A stretch of DNA of 64,000 nucleotides from a virus, in IMG/VR virus record IMGVR_UViG_3300032288_003288. One strand, given 5' to 3'. Made by a program: the position numbers and the translations under genes. How positions within the stretch are numbered: position 1 is the first letter of the stretch; every line of letters begins with the position of its first letter. Below the pieces are notes generated by a model, which saw only the letters and a list, made by a program, of their open reading frames with translations, had not been told where the DNA came from and ran no database searches. Of this stretch, positions 34,452 to 45,400 are shown piece by piece.

Positions 34452-37400
34452 TTAAACTTTATCAACTTGTTCAGTTTCTGTGCCCTTAGTAGCAAACATA
34501 AGCCTAGTACCAATATCTGCACCAGACGCCGATGATCCATCTAAGTTGTCTGTAGACGTTGAATCTGCAGTAGCAACACTAGTGACTGGTACAACAGATG
34601 GCGTCGTAGTAGGCTGAACAACCGCCTCTGACTCATTCGTGCTATTCACATAGTCTGTAGTAAACGAGGGTTGAGAAATGGTTGTTACTGCGCTAGAAGT
34701 TTGATCTTCTGATACAACCACTAACATTCTATCGCCTCTATTAGTGGATCTCTGATCTCTCAGAGTTTCACTCAACTGAGTCTGACTAGTCGTTTTTAAT
34801 TCGTTTAGATATACGGTAGCCACAATCTTTCCGTACTTGTCTGCGACTAAGTCTTCAGTTATATCTTTCCCTACCTGACGAACGAACTGTGATATCTTAT
34901 AGCCGTCGAGGATAAACTCATGTTTGGTATTTGGTTTCAGACCGCACAGCTCAATGCGAATAGCTTGGTCTGCTTCTACCCACGGCTTCGTAGGAATCCT
35001 GCTAATTCTTCTTGTATCTCTGAAAGGTCTCAAGATACGAATTGGCGATTTTCTGTTCACTGCGCCGCGATGAATGATCTTATCGATAACGATCGTTCTT
35101 TCTAACTTCTTGGAGAAGTAATCTTCAGGATAAAGAACGACAATCTTTCCTTCGTCTACGAAAGTTAATGCTTCTGGAACAAACCTCTCGGCGCGACCTG
35201 CTGGTAAAGGTCTATCTTCTACGCGATAGACCACTATCTTGTAGAACCTACCGCCAGATGGGTTATGATTCCATGTGATCACTGATGAGCCTCTGACAAC
35301 GTTGACGCCAGAAACTGTGGTAGAAGAGAATGTTTGATACTTGACCAATCGAAGAGATCTTTGTCTCTTTTCTTGATTGGTCAATGCGACTGCAGACTCT
35401 GAAGTTATCAACGGAGTCAGCACGTCTACACCAGGAACAAATGTTCTTGAGGTACCTTGATAAACTTCTACACGATAAGATGCATATGGCACGTCGACAT
35501 ATACTTTTGCTTGACCGGCAGAAGAGCTAAACTCTATAGGACCCTGTGTTCTAAACTTCGAAAGGTCTGTAGCCACTGTGCCGTAGTCTGTCGTAGCGTA
35601 TCCGACAAAGATCTGCGTTCTTTGTAAGATCAGCGTAGTATCTGTCGGAATAGCATTTGCTTCCGTGCAGGGTTCTGGCTCGATCACAGGCTCTTCAGTG
35701 CCGCCATCCTCAGGATCTTTTGGCTGGACAGGAATTATGAGCTGTTCGACTTTAGGCACAAGCTTGTTGTCGTAGATGCTGCAGCTGTACTCTGGATTAT
35801 CCAGATCTGATAGCTTGTCATCATTAAAATTATCTACGTAGAAGCCAAACTTGTAGCGATTCAACGCCGCGCTCGATGAGCTGGCGATGTAACGCGAGTT
35901 GACAGCAGTCTCAGCTAGAGTGAACGATACGTAGTATTCGAGGTCACGAATACGGCGTTCGAGTTGACCGATGTCGGTCATCTTGTAGGCTCTCGGCTGA
36001 AGTGCCTGTCTTTGATCTACTGTAACATTCTGTGTTACCTGATACTTCTTCAACCTCTGAGCTAGCAACTTCTCGTTGCCCATGTTCGTATCGATGTACT
36101 TGATGGTGTCTTCAGACAGAGCATAAGGATACGAAGGATAAGGAGGAATGTTTAGCAAGTTCAGCGTCATGCTATGGGCCGGCTGTGGAGGTACGCTCGG
36201 TCCGTTAGGAGAAGTGTCTCCGCTAAGCACTCTAATCTTGTTATCTGAGTCGACTACCACGCGATCTATGCGAGGCAGGTAATATTCTATCGTCGCGCTG
36301 ATAGCAGAACCGGGGACTGGGAAGTTCTTATTTGAAGTATTATACTTCGAAGTTCCTGTAGGCTCTGTCGGATTGATAGGCGCATATCTGAAGTTTCCGT
36401 TTGCAGACGCAGTGTTGTTTGCAAACGGTCTAAAGTCTAGGCTGTCGCGAAGATCATAGTATTCTCCCTTACGATTGCCATAGAGTTCAGGAATTTCGGC
36501 AGTATTGATGTATGTATTTGTGGCGTTCGCAAACGATACTGCGTCATTGACTTGATATGACTTAATAGTCTTAAGTCCTTCGCCAGTTCTGGTGAATACG
36601 TCGATCTTAATCAGAAGAACATCATTGTTGGAATAAGTATTCGAAGTAATGTTTGCATTTCTGTATAGATACGAAGTATTGTATGAGTCTTCAGTCTGAT
36701 TGCTGTCGACGTAGAATTGATCTGTGACGTCGTAGACACCATATGTATCAGGACCAAAATACAGAGGAGCTCCGACGAATTGGTGTTCTTGACTACTCGA
36801 TATCGCTGCTACAGAGATGACTCCCCCGGACGAGTTAGCAATCTTAAACGTCGTGCTAGTAGTATTGGCTATATAGTATGTGTTGCCGCCTGTAAGGCCG
36901 GTAATAGGAGTGCCAGCGACAGTGTTAGAGACTGTGACAGTTGCGGTGGCATTCGTCAGGCCGATTGCCGTGTTGGTCGTAAAGTGTGTGGAATTGACCG
37001 TGGCGACTTTGGCAGAAATGTTTGTGTTGACCACTTGAGTGTTGGAAGAACCGACTACGAGGTCATTGACATTGATGCCAGTATTGCTGCCTATAACGAA
37101 GACTGTAGGTGCAGCGCTGTTTGCTGTTACAGATATGCTCGTATTGGTAACAACGCTTGGAACAGTATAGACTACTGAATCGCCGTTGGCGAATGGAAGA
37201 GACTCTACTGTAAATACGTTTGCCGACACGTCGCTGTTTGAATTGAAGGTAATAGTCGTGTTCGCAGCGCCGTTGGCTGCATAGACTCCTCTGAGTCTGA
37301 AGACGTCAGAGAAACCTAATGCCCACGGTCCACGACCATAGTCATATTCACCACCAAATCCCAGGCTGGCGATGGCGCTCTGAGCAGCCTCGTTGTTTGC

Positions 37401-40391
37401 TAGTTTAAGTCTTACATAGATGCTACGTAGAGAGTTCTTTGTTACGGGAGCATCTGCGTTTGTGATCACATAGTTGTACGAAGCCACAGCGTTTCCAGAG
37501 GCGGCGAGCGAAGTACCGAGGCCTAGGACAAGATTCGTATTTGAAGTGGCATTTGCAATTCTATCTGTTCTCAATAGATCTACTGGAACGTTCTTGGGGA
37601 AGTGCAAGTATACGTTGCCGCTGGTCACTACAGACGAAGGAGTCGTGGCAAGTTGAATAGCTGTGGCATTGATGACGTTAGTGATTCTGCCGTATACTGT
37701 ATTTGCACCACCGACGATCTTGATATTGTCTCCAGCATAGAACGTGGTATGAAATACTGTATCGGAACCAGTAACCACATTCGAAGTGGTGGTGGTCGTA
37801 GTATTTCCTGTGGAGATCACGTTCGAAGTCAAGTTGGCTACAGGGATCAGATCGATCAGACGAGCGTTGATAGAAGAATACGTGTTGTTACCAGTCAGCG
37901 TGATGGTGGTGTTGCCGTTGACGTCTAGCGTAACTTCTGAAGTTTGTCTAGAAGTATAAGAAGTGGCATTGACTGACTTAAGAGCGGGCTTATCGATAGA
38001 GAATATCAGAGTTGAATTCTCACTGTCATATAGAGAAGCAGTAGTGATGTAAGTATTAACGAACGAAACTGTGGCCGTGCCGTTACCTGTCGCGACAGCT
38101 GTGTTTACTGTAAATGCTGTGGCGTTGATGATCGACGTGACTTCGCATACGATGTCAGTGTTGACCTTGGCAAGATCGCCGCTTCGTGTCAGCTTGTCGC
38201 CGATTCTAATTCTACGCTTCCGACCCCATCTAGGACGTTGTATGCCAGAACGATACTTAAAGTTTTGGTCGACGTCAAAGTCGTTGTCTCTATCTTCGTA
38301 CTGTTCCTTAAACAGCGGCATGAAAAATGGTGTGCCGATGCCGCGAGAAGGCTCAGTCGTGTCAGTGACCGGATCAGTAGTATTACCTGACACTAGGACG
38401 ATGGTAGTGTTTGCGCCTGTATTGGCTAAGATCTGAATGGGAGTTTCTACGACGATAGTATCTACCACTACGTCAGCGATGCCGTCGTAGTCGTTGTCTT
38501 GATAGATAGAGCGAATATCGGCAAAGTTTTCGCCGGCATTCATCACAATGTCAAAGAGGTAAACGCGATAGACTGCTTCAGGTGTACCAGCAACACCGCG
38601 CTCATGCAAGACAGAACGCACTCTGGCTGTACCGACCTCAGAACCAGCCGCCGTGATGTTTCCTCCGCCGTTTGTGAGGAACTGCGCAAACTCGCTTCTC
38701 AACGAGATCACGTCACCCGTGGTGAAGTTAAACTTGCCGCCTAGTTCCTTGACACGAATGAAGTTTCCGTAATTGATCTGCTTAGAAACGGTCGTAGTGG
38801 CAGTGTTGATTGCCTTATCAGTCTTGACGCTGTAGTTGTAGTATGTCTGTACTCGCTTGCCTTCGATATATGCGAGACCGGGATCCACGACAACGCTGAA
38901 AGAGTTTGCTTCTTCAGCGAACGTTGTGCGTGACTTTGTGGTCGTCAAGAACTGGTCGAGGACGTAGTTTCCAGACTCTTCATAGGTTCTACGAGCAAAC
39001 TCTTCGGCGATGCCGTTGTATTGAGTCTGTGTGAAGCGCTTTGCTGGATAGCCTTCTGAAAACTCGATAATCGGAAGGAAGCGAGTATTGGCTTCGGCCT
39101 CTTCCTTTGTCAGAGTCACCAGTGTCGGAGACAACTTGAGACGATTGGCGCCAGGAGCAGTAGCGTTTGGAGTTCCGAGAGAGTTGTCGAGCAGCGACGT
39201 GTCTTGATTGCTGTTGATGATCTCTTCTTTGGTGTCGAAACCTACGACTACTTGGTCTGGAAGAGCGCTGTAGCGATCAACGATAACTGTCTGTGGAAGA
39301 ACCTTTGTGAAGTAGCCCTTCTGATAGACGATGCCTTCGCCTACTGACACCGCATAGCCAGAGCCGACTGGGTTATCAAGAGCTCCTAGAACTGTCAACC
39401 GAGCCTTATAAGTCTGCGGCTCTAGTTGCAACGTATCGATCTCTGCAACGCCGCCAGTAGAAGTTTGAACTGTAACGTGCGGAGCGATGTTGTAGTCTAG
39501 ACCTTTCTCAGAGATGTTGATCGAGGTAATAGTACCTCCACCAGCACCAGCAGTCGTAGCCAGAGTGGCTTCTGCATTAGAACCAAAGACTGTTACGATA
39601 GTGCCGTTGACTTGGTTATTTGCAGCTGAGACGAAGGTGTCGTTAGAAGCCACGGTCCACTTGATAGCCGTAAGTTCGGTGTTGGCAAGGTCAGCCGACA
39701 CCGGCTTGACTTTAAGAATAACTACTTCTGAGTTGGTCGTAGTGTCGATGTCTGTAATGATCAGATTCGCCGAAGCAGTATAGATCTGATCGTCCACAGA
39801 GAATACGTTGGCGAAAGTGTTTCCGCCTGTTGTGTTCTGTACGGCGATAGCAGGAACAAACACGACAGTGTCATTGTTCGAGAAGCCCGCGCTGCCGTTG
39901 AGGATACGAATACTTTCGATGGGAGTATTGACGTCGTATACTGTCAGGACCTGATTAGCAGAGAAGGCAGAAGTGTTTCCACTAGTTCCTGAATTCTGAT
40001 AACGAACGTACAGAGTCTTCTTGTCTTCGCGCGACTCGAATCCTGGAGCCGTCTGAATGATGACAGCCTGCAGGTTGCTAGACTCATGACGAATGCGATA
40101 GCCTTGCAGGTCAGAAACGTTGATAGACGAGATGCCGTCAGACTGAATGTCACGAATCTTGACATATGGGAAGTATGAGTGATACGTAATGTTGCATCCG
40201 TCGATGATCGTGCCTTGCTTGAAGACGTGATCGCCGAAGCGCTCGATCTGATTTTGAAGAATCGTTTGGAGCTGATTTAGCTCACGCGCCTGAATAGCGA
40301 CGCCAGGACGGAAAAGAATCTTGTAGTAGTTCTTATTCTCATCATAGTCGTCGTAGTAGGGAGCGCCAGAAAGATCTGTTTGAATAGCCAT
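34452..40391 (-). CDS. DUF4815/VrlC-like large baseplate protein
   Basis: PYYDDYDENKNYYKILFRPG.AIQARELNQLQTILQNQIERFG, APGANRLK, ARRTYEESGNY, DFRP and M.DIG.LE.RI..LEYY motifs. Confidence 0.88.
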   Translation of the reverse strand: MAIQTDLSGAPYYDDYDENKNYYKILFRPGVAIQARELNQLQTILQNQIERFGDHVFKQGTIIDGCNITYHSYFPYVKIRDIQSDGISSINVSDLQGYRIRHESSNLQAVIIQTAPGFESREDKKTLYVRYQNSGTSGNTSAFSANQVLTVYDVNTPIESIRILNGSAGFSNNDTVVFVPAIAVQNTTGGNTFANVFSVDDQIYTASANLIITDIDTTTNSEVVILKVKPVSADLANTELTAIKWTVASNDTFVSAANNQVNGTIVTVFGSNAEATLATTAGAGGGTITSINISEKGLDYNIAPHVTVQTSTGGVAEIDTLQLEPQTYKARLTVLGALDNPVGSGYAVSVGEGIVYQKGYFTKVLPQTVIVDRYSALPDQVVVGFDTKEEIINSNQDTSLLDNSLGTPNATAPGANRLKLSPTLVTLTKEEAEANTRFLPIIEFSEGYPAKRFTQTQYNGIAEEFARRTYEESGNYVLDQFLTTTKSRTTFAEEANSFSVVVDPGLAYIEGKRVQTYYNYSVKTDKAINTATTTVSKQINYGNFIRVKELGGKFNFTTGDVISLRSEFAQFLTNGGGNITAAGSEVGTARVRSVLHERGVAGTPEAVYRVYLFDIVMNAGENFADIRSIYQDNDYDGIADVVVDTIVVETPIQILANTGANTTIVLVSGNTTDPVTDTTEPSRGIGTPFFMPLFKEQYEDRDNDFDVDQNFKYRSGIQRPRWGRKRRIRIGDKLTRSGDLAKVNTDIVCEVTSIINATAFTVNTAVATGNGTATVSFVNTYITTASLYDSENSTLIFSIDKPALKSVNATSYTSRQTSEVTLDVNGNTTITLTGNNTYSSINARLIDLIPVANLTSNVISTGNTTTTTTSNVVTGSDTVFHTTFYAGDNIKIVGGANTVYGRITNVINATAIQLATTPSSVVTSGNVYLHFPKNVPVDLLRTDRIANATSNTNLVLGLGTSLAASGNAVASYNYVITNADAPVTKNSLRSIYVRLKLANNEAAQSAIASLGFGGEYDYGRGPWALGFSDVFRLRGVYAANGAANTTITFNSNSDVSANVFTVESLPFANGDSVVYTVPSVVTNTSISVTANSAAPTVFVIGSNTGINVNDLVVGSSNTQVVNTNISAKVATVNSTHFTTNTAIGLTNATATVTVSNTVAGTPITGLTGGNTYYIANTTSTTFKIANSSGGVISVAAISSSQEHQFVGAPLYFGPDTYGVYDVTDQFYVDSNQTEDSYNTSYLYRNANITSNTYSNNDVLLIKIDVFTRTGEGLKTIKSYQVNDAVSFANATNTYINTAEIPELYGNRKGEYYDLRDSLDFRPFANNTASANGNFRYAPINPTEPTGTSKYNTSNKNFPVPGSAISATIEYYLPRIDRVVVDSDNKIRVLSGDTSPNGPSVPPQPAHSMTLNLLNIPPYPSYPYALSEDTIKYIDTNMGNEKLLAQRLKKYQVTQNVTVDQRQALQPRAYKMTDIGQLERRIRDLEYYVSFTLAETAVNSRYIASSSSAALNRYKFGFYVDNFNDDKLSDLDNPEYSCSIYDNKLVPKVEQLIIPVQPKDPEDGGTEEPVIEPEPCTEANAIPTDTTLILQRTQIFVGYATTDYGTVATDLSKFRTQGPIEFSSSAGQAKVYVDVPYASYRVEVYQGTSRTFVPGVDVLTPLITSESAVALTNQEKRQRSLRLVKYQTFSSTTVSGVNVVRGSSVITWNHNPSGGRFYKIVVYRVEDRPLPAGRAERFVPEALTFVDEGKIVVLYPEDYFSKKLERTIVIDKIIHRGAVNRKSPIRILRPFRDTRRISRIPTKPWVEADQAIRIELCGLKPNTKHEFILDGYKISQFVRQVGKDITEDLVADKYGKIVATVYLNELKTTSQTQLSETLRDQRSTNRGDRMLVVVSEDQTSSAVTTISQPSFTTDYVNSTNESEAVVQPTTTPSVVPVTSVATADSTSTDNLDGSSASGADIGTRLMFATKGTETEQVDKV

Positions 40392-40396
40392 TTAAA

Positions 40397-42409
40397 TCAA
40401 AACTCCAGAATTAGTTTTATTTTTTCGTTAGTAGTAGAATCTCGTGTAACTGCGTCGATGTTCTCTAAGTATAGGATCTCGCCGCTGTCTTTAACCAAAT
40501 CTCCTGGGTATTTATTATTGACAGTGAAGACCGCATTGCCAGAAACCACGTTTCCTGTATTGGCTAAGTTGTGCTTCTCGTTCGTTACCCAGAGTGTGGA
40601 TGAATTTTGAAAGAATACGTTTGCTTCTGGTCTATCTTCTGCATCTCCAGTCCATCCACTTTGATAGACAAGAGAGTCTTCTGAGAAGACACCTACACTG
40701 TTAGCTCCCTCAAGCTTAACTAGCTGCATAAACGTATTGAAATCGTTAGTCGATCTGCCGTTGTTATTGACGGTGTTGATAGTAATCTTTGTAAAAGATT
40801 CCGTGCCGATTAAAGCTTCTCCAGAAGCAAACTTGCCGTCTGCGTCCGTGACCCAAAGATCTCCACTTCCATAGTCGGTAACAGTAGCAGACGCTGTCGT
40901 TCTAATGATAGAAACGTTCATCGAGGAGACGTTTGAAGTAATCTGCGTGCTCAGCGTCAGTTGAGTAGAGTTGGCTATGCTGTTGACGGTGTTGTAGTAG
41001 TACACAGTAGAGTTCGAGAGTAGAATCTTATCCCCTACTTGAAGAGCGTCAGAAAATAGTGTACCTGTTCCTTTGAGAATGGTATTACTAGACGCAGTGT
41101 TGACTGCTGCAGTGCCTACTACCTGAATAGGTCTATACTGATATACTGTCTCGCCTATGTCAAAGATTTCTGCACCGCCGCTATATGTGATATACACGTT
41201 CGCGAACTTAGGATTCTTTAGAATTCCGATCGATCTAAAGTCGTTCGACGAGATAACGTTGTTCGACTCTGTATTAGATACTCTGACGCTGATGCAGATC
41301 TTATTTGCGCCAAGTTCTTGAACAGGATCGTAAGAATGTCCTATGGCGGGAGAGATGATAGAGCGAACATTTGCTTCGACGTCTACGCTGACAACGTTGG
41401 AAGCAAGAACCTTTGTGACTGCGCTTCTATAGCCTTCGCCTTCTTTTCCAGGAAGAACCTCGATCTTATAGATCGAGTTAGAAGATGTAGTATTGACTAG
41501 TCCCCAAGCCTGAGCTTCTACTGTCTCACTTCCGTCACCGTAGATCTTTACTTGTGGAAAGACTTTATACGTGGTAGTGGTCGTAGGAGTATTGGTAAAC
41601 GGCGTATCTATGGAAGCTCTCTTGGTAGCTCCGACGTAGCTAACTACTGTACGATACTCAGTGTTTGCACCAGTCGTAATTTCAATGATACAGTCTTTGT
41701 AGTAGTCGTTGAAAGCAGAAGCTGTGCTGCCGAAGACGTAGTCTGTAGAAACGCCTCCCGGTTGAATGTCTGCAGCAGTGAATGTGCCAGTTGTGTGATT
41801 GTCGTATCCTGCTCCTCCGTCGTTGATCAGAATGATCTCGACCGAGCCTCCTACTGCGCTAGCACGGGCATTGGCATCTACCAGTGCTGGCATGTGTGCC
41901 GTCGTAGTAAACTTTGCCCACGTAGAAGAGTCAATAGTGTACAGATACTTCCATGCATAGCCGTCTGACGTAAAGACTACAGAGTTCGAGGTGCCAGTGG
42001 GTTCTGTCCCGTTGGAGCCAGTGTTAGCTCCATCGTTATTATATAAGCACTTGTACACTCTATAGTTGGTACCGTTGGCAACAGCTGTATAAAATTCCTT
42101 ATTAAAAAGATCTACGTCTTGATCGTCATACATTGCATACGGAGTGTTGTAGCTGTAGATGATCTTGCCTACCATGTGCTGAACGTCGCTGTTGGCAACT
42201 TTCTTGCCGAGGATCATGTTGTCGTATGTCTTGACCACCTTCTCATATTGGCTGTCAAAGGCTGGCTCTACGATCGGCTCGTTGACGAATTCCGTATGCT
42301 TTCCAAGGAACAGATAGTACTGATCATTTTGAGGCTCACTGAGAGACTCAACGAATTGAATAGCGTTGTGTACGTTAAACGTCTTTGAAACTAGTTTTTC
42401 TGTTGCCAT
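40397..42409 (-). CDS. gp8: Baseplate wedge subunit
   Basis: YRVYKCLYN, DGYAWKYLYTI, DFRSIGILKNP and SGEILYLEN...R...EKIKLILEF motifs. Confidence 0.9.
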   Translation of the reverse strand: MATEKLVSKTFNVHNAIQFVESLSEPQNDQYYLFLGKHTEFVNEPIVEPAFDSQYEKVVKTYDNMILGKKVANSDVQHMVGKIIYSYNTPYAMYDDQDVDLFNKEFYTAVANGTNYRVYKCLYNNDGANTGSNGTEPTGTSNSVVFTSDGYAWKYLYTIDSSTWAKFTTTAHMPALVDANARASAVGGSVEIILINDGGAGYDNHTTGTFTAADIQPGGVSTDYVFGSTASAFNDYYKDCIIEITTGANTEYRTVVSYVGATKRASIDTPFTNTPTTTTTYKVFPQVKIYGDGSETVEAQAWGLVNTTSSNSIYKIEVLPGKEGEGYRSAVTKVLASNVVSVDVEANVRSIISPAIGHSYDPVQELGANKICISVRVSNTESNNVISSNDFRSIGILKNPKFANVYITYSGGAEIFDIGETVYQYRPIQVVGTAAVNTASSNTILKGTGTLFSDALQVGDKILLSNSTVYYYNTVNSIANSTQLTLSTQITSNVSSMNVSIIRTTASATVTDYGSGDLWVTDADGKFASGEALIGTESFTKITINTVNNNGRSTNDFNTFMQLVKLEGANSVGVFSEDSLVYQSGWTGDAEDRPEANVFFQNSSTLWVTNEKHNLANTGNVVSGNAVFTVNNKYPGDLVKDSGEILYLENIDAVTRDSTTNEKIKLILEF

Positions 42410-45400
42410 TATTCTTGCTCTACAACACTCTCAGCTATGGTGACAGGGACACTAAACTTATCTTCGATCTGTACTGAACCGAACATCTTAGTGCCTGCAA
42501 CGTGCATTACTTTCATGAACATCTCTTTATACTTATCGATAGAGAGTCGGCTCATGACGTCGTATGAATATTCTTGATAGTAATCACCGTCATAGATATA
42601 TTTATCTGCACTCAAGAAACCTTTATTGTTTTTATAAAACCCGCTAGCTTGACCTGTTCCTTCTACGAAGGCTGTGGCCGTACCGCTATTTTCTCCGTCT
42701 AGACTAGTAAATGTGATCAAAGCTCCGTTACTATAACCTAGACCAGAATCTAAGACTTCTAAACCAGTAACTAGACCCGCAGAGATCAACGCAGTGCTGT
42801 TGACCACTGCATCGAGGCCGATTGACGCAGTGGTCAGATTTGCTTGAGATATCGTCAGGTTGCCCGTAGCGCCTGAAGATGTGCCTACGACGTTGCTGCC
42901 GACTATAAAGTTTTTGACACTCAGCCTTTCGACTTGCATGAATATGTCATTAGATCCAGATAGCCCGACCGAAATTACTTTGCCGCGAGCAACGTTTTCT
43001 TGCTGTCCAGAAGTGACACTTACGATAGCCTGATTCGCTGTGGTGTTTGAGAAGCTGACTGCGTTGTTTCCAGCAGTAAAACCGGCGCTATTTGAAACTC
43101 CAACGAGCACCAGAGTGTTACTGGTGACATATGACAGGATGCCGTTAGACAGGTTATTTGCTGCGCTATAGATCAAATCTCCGACAGTAAAGCCGTTAGT
43201 GTTACTCACTACTACATTTAGTGTATTGACATTTGCAAATCTTTGCAGAATGGTTTCGCCGCTAACGAACGTCTTGTCGATGCCTTCTACTTTCAGATAG
43301 TAGTCTTTAAGTCCAGATCCAGCAACCCTCGGTTCATAGAGCAGTGCAACAGGATCAGCGGTATAGTCTTCGCCAGGATTTGTAGTGGTAATGAGACCTA
43401 TGCTGCCTATCGTTCTAGCTTGAATGTCTAGCGCAGATAAGACGTAACTATTGGCATTTGCGCTGGGGAATTTTGGAAAGCCATAAGTCGCGGCAGCCAG
43501 CGCGGTGTTAAGATAGCTAGTATTTCCAGGAAACACTAGATCTGTATTGAACCATGCAACCTCTGTATCATCAATGTCAATAACATTATACTCGCCGTCT
43601 TTACCAAGGCTACTAGAATCTATATAAAAAGAAGTATTCGTCAGCGTGGTTTGGGCCACTGATGTATTAGAAACCGAAAGAGTTACAGAGCCATTTGCCA
43701 GAGTAAGAGCAGAGTTAGAAGTAAATGCTGTAGAGTTGACGATCGATGCAACTTTACTAGAAATTGAAGTGTTGACTATCTGCGTGTTAGACGACCCGCT
43801 GATGACATCATTTGTGGAGATATCACTCGTATTTCCTGTCGTCAAGACAAACAGAGTCGTGTTTGACGTGTTAGAAGAAACTGTTAGGTTGGCGGTAGCA
43901 AGAGTAGCTCCGAATCGTGGCTCGGTGTTAGTAACGACGATGTTTGCAGACCCGTTTGCCACGATCAGCGAGTTGTTGACGATAAAGGCAGTAGAGTTGA
44001 CGATGCTAGAAATCTTCGCTGCGTTGTACGTATTGACTACAGCCAGATTGCTAGAGTCTCTTATCAGATCTCCAACGTGTAAGTTTGCTGTGTTGCCAGT
44101 CGAAAGAATAAACTGAAGAGGAGCTCCAGAATTTGCAGTAACGGCCAAAGATTGACTGTTGCCTACCACATTGGCCACAGAAATATCAGTAGTGAGTGTT
44201 ACGAAAGTGGCAGAAGTGTTTGATGCTCTGAAGAGTAGATCTACAGAATTTGTAAATACCCCACTATAATTTTGTAATGTAATGAAACCTGTACCAGCAG
44301 TTAGCGATACTTGTGCTACTGTGCCGTTTGCAGTGATTTCGTTGTTTGCATTGACCTGATAACACTCTTCTCCGACAGTGACGAGGCTCGACGCGTCGGT
44401 AACAGAGAGAGCAACGTTGCTACTGATTCCTACGATTCTTCCTTTGGTATTTGCTTGAGAAACTACATCGAGTAGGTGGAAGTATTCTGTTGTCGTTGTA
44501 GCTACGTTTGATACTCTCAGAGTCTGCAGAGACAGAAGCTCTTGGGCATCTATCGTATATCCATAGCCGGTCTTAAAAAGCGAAAAGTCGACGAAACCAG
44601 AAATGTCAGTGATGGAAGTAACACGTGCTTGCCCACCGCTGCCCTGTAGAGCGCTGAGATTGACGAGATCTCCTACTACAAAGTTAGATCCTCCGTTAGT
44701 TACGTTTAACTCTTTAAGAGAGCCGAACACCACTGGAGAGTCTGAATAGATCTTCTCAGCGCCGACGACTTCGTCTTTGACAAACTCACCGACCATGTTG
44801 CTGATATAGAGTAGGTTGACCCAGATGCCGCGCGATCTGATTCGAATAAACTTTTCGACAAAGGCCTCTGCACCGGAAGTTTGACCTCTGATTACCTTAC
44901 CTACTAGATCTACGCTACGATCTGTTGCAGACACGCTGAGATATATCGGCTTGAACCATTGACCGTCAGATGGCTTAAGAACGTGTTCACCTGGAACATA
45001 GATCTCTGCCTTCGTCCCATAGATAAGTTTGAAGAATAGATCGATGCCGCGTTCTGTGCCTTTTGATCTATACAGATTCAGTGAATTCTTTACGACCAGC
45101 GGCCTGTTTGTAGCTACGTCAAACTGAATGTTCTTGAGATACTTCTCTTTGAAGTGCACGACAAATCTATCGATAGTATTGTCGATGTCCCTATACTTCA
45201 TGACCTTACGAGAATGAAATAGGGGATTCGTCGAACCCGACTCTTCAATGTACGTACTGCCTCCGCCTGAGCTAACAAACGGAGACAGCACGTTGCATCT
45301 TAGTTTACAGCGGAAGGGTGCAGTCGTGGTGGTGTAAACTAAGACGCTAGACTCTACGTCATCGACGTATACTATAGTACCGGAGGCGTCTTCTCCGACC

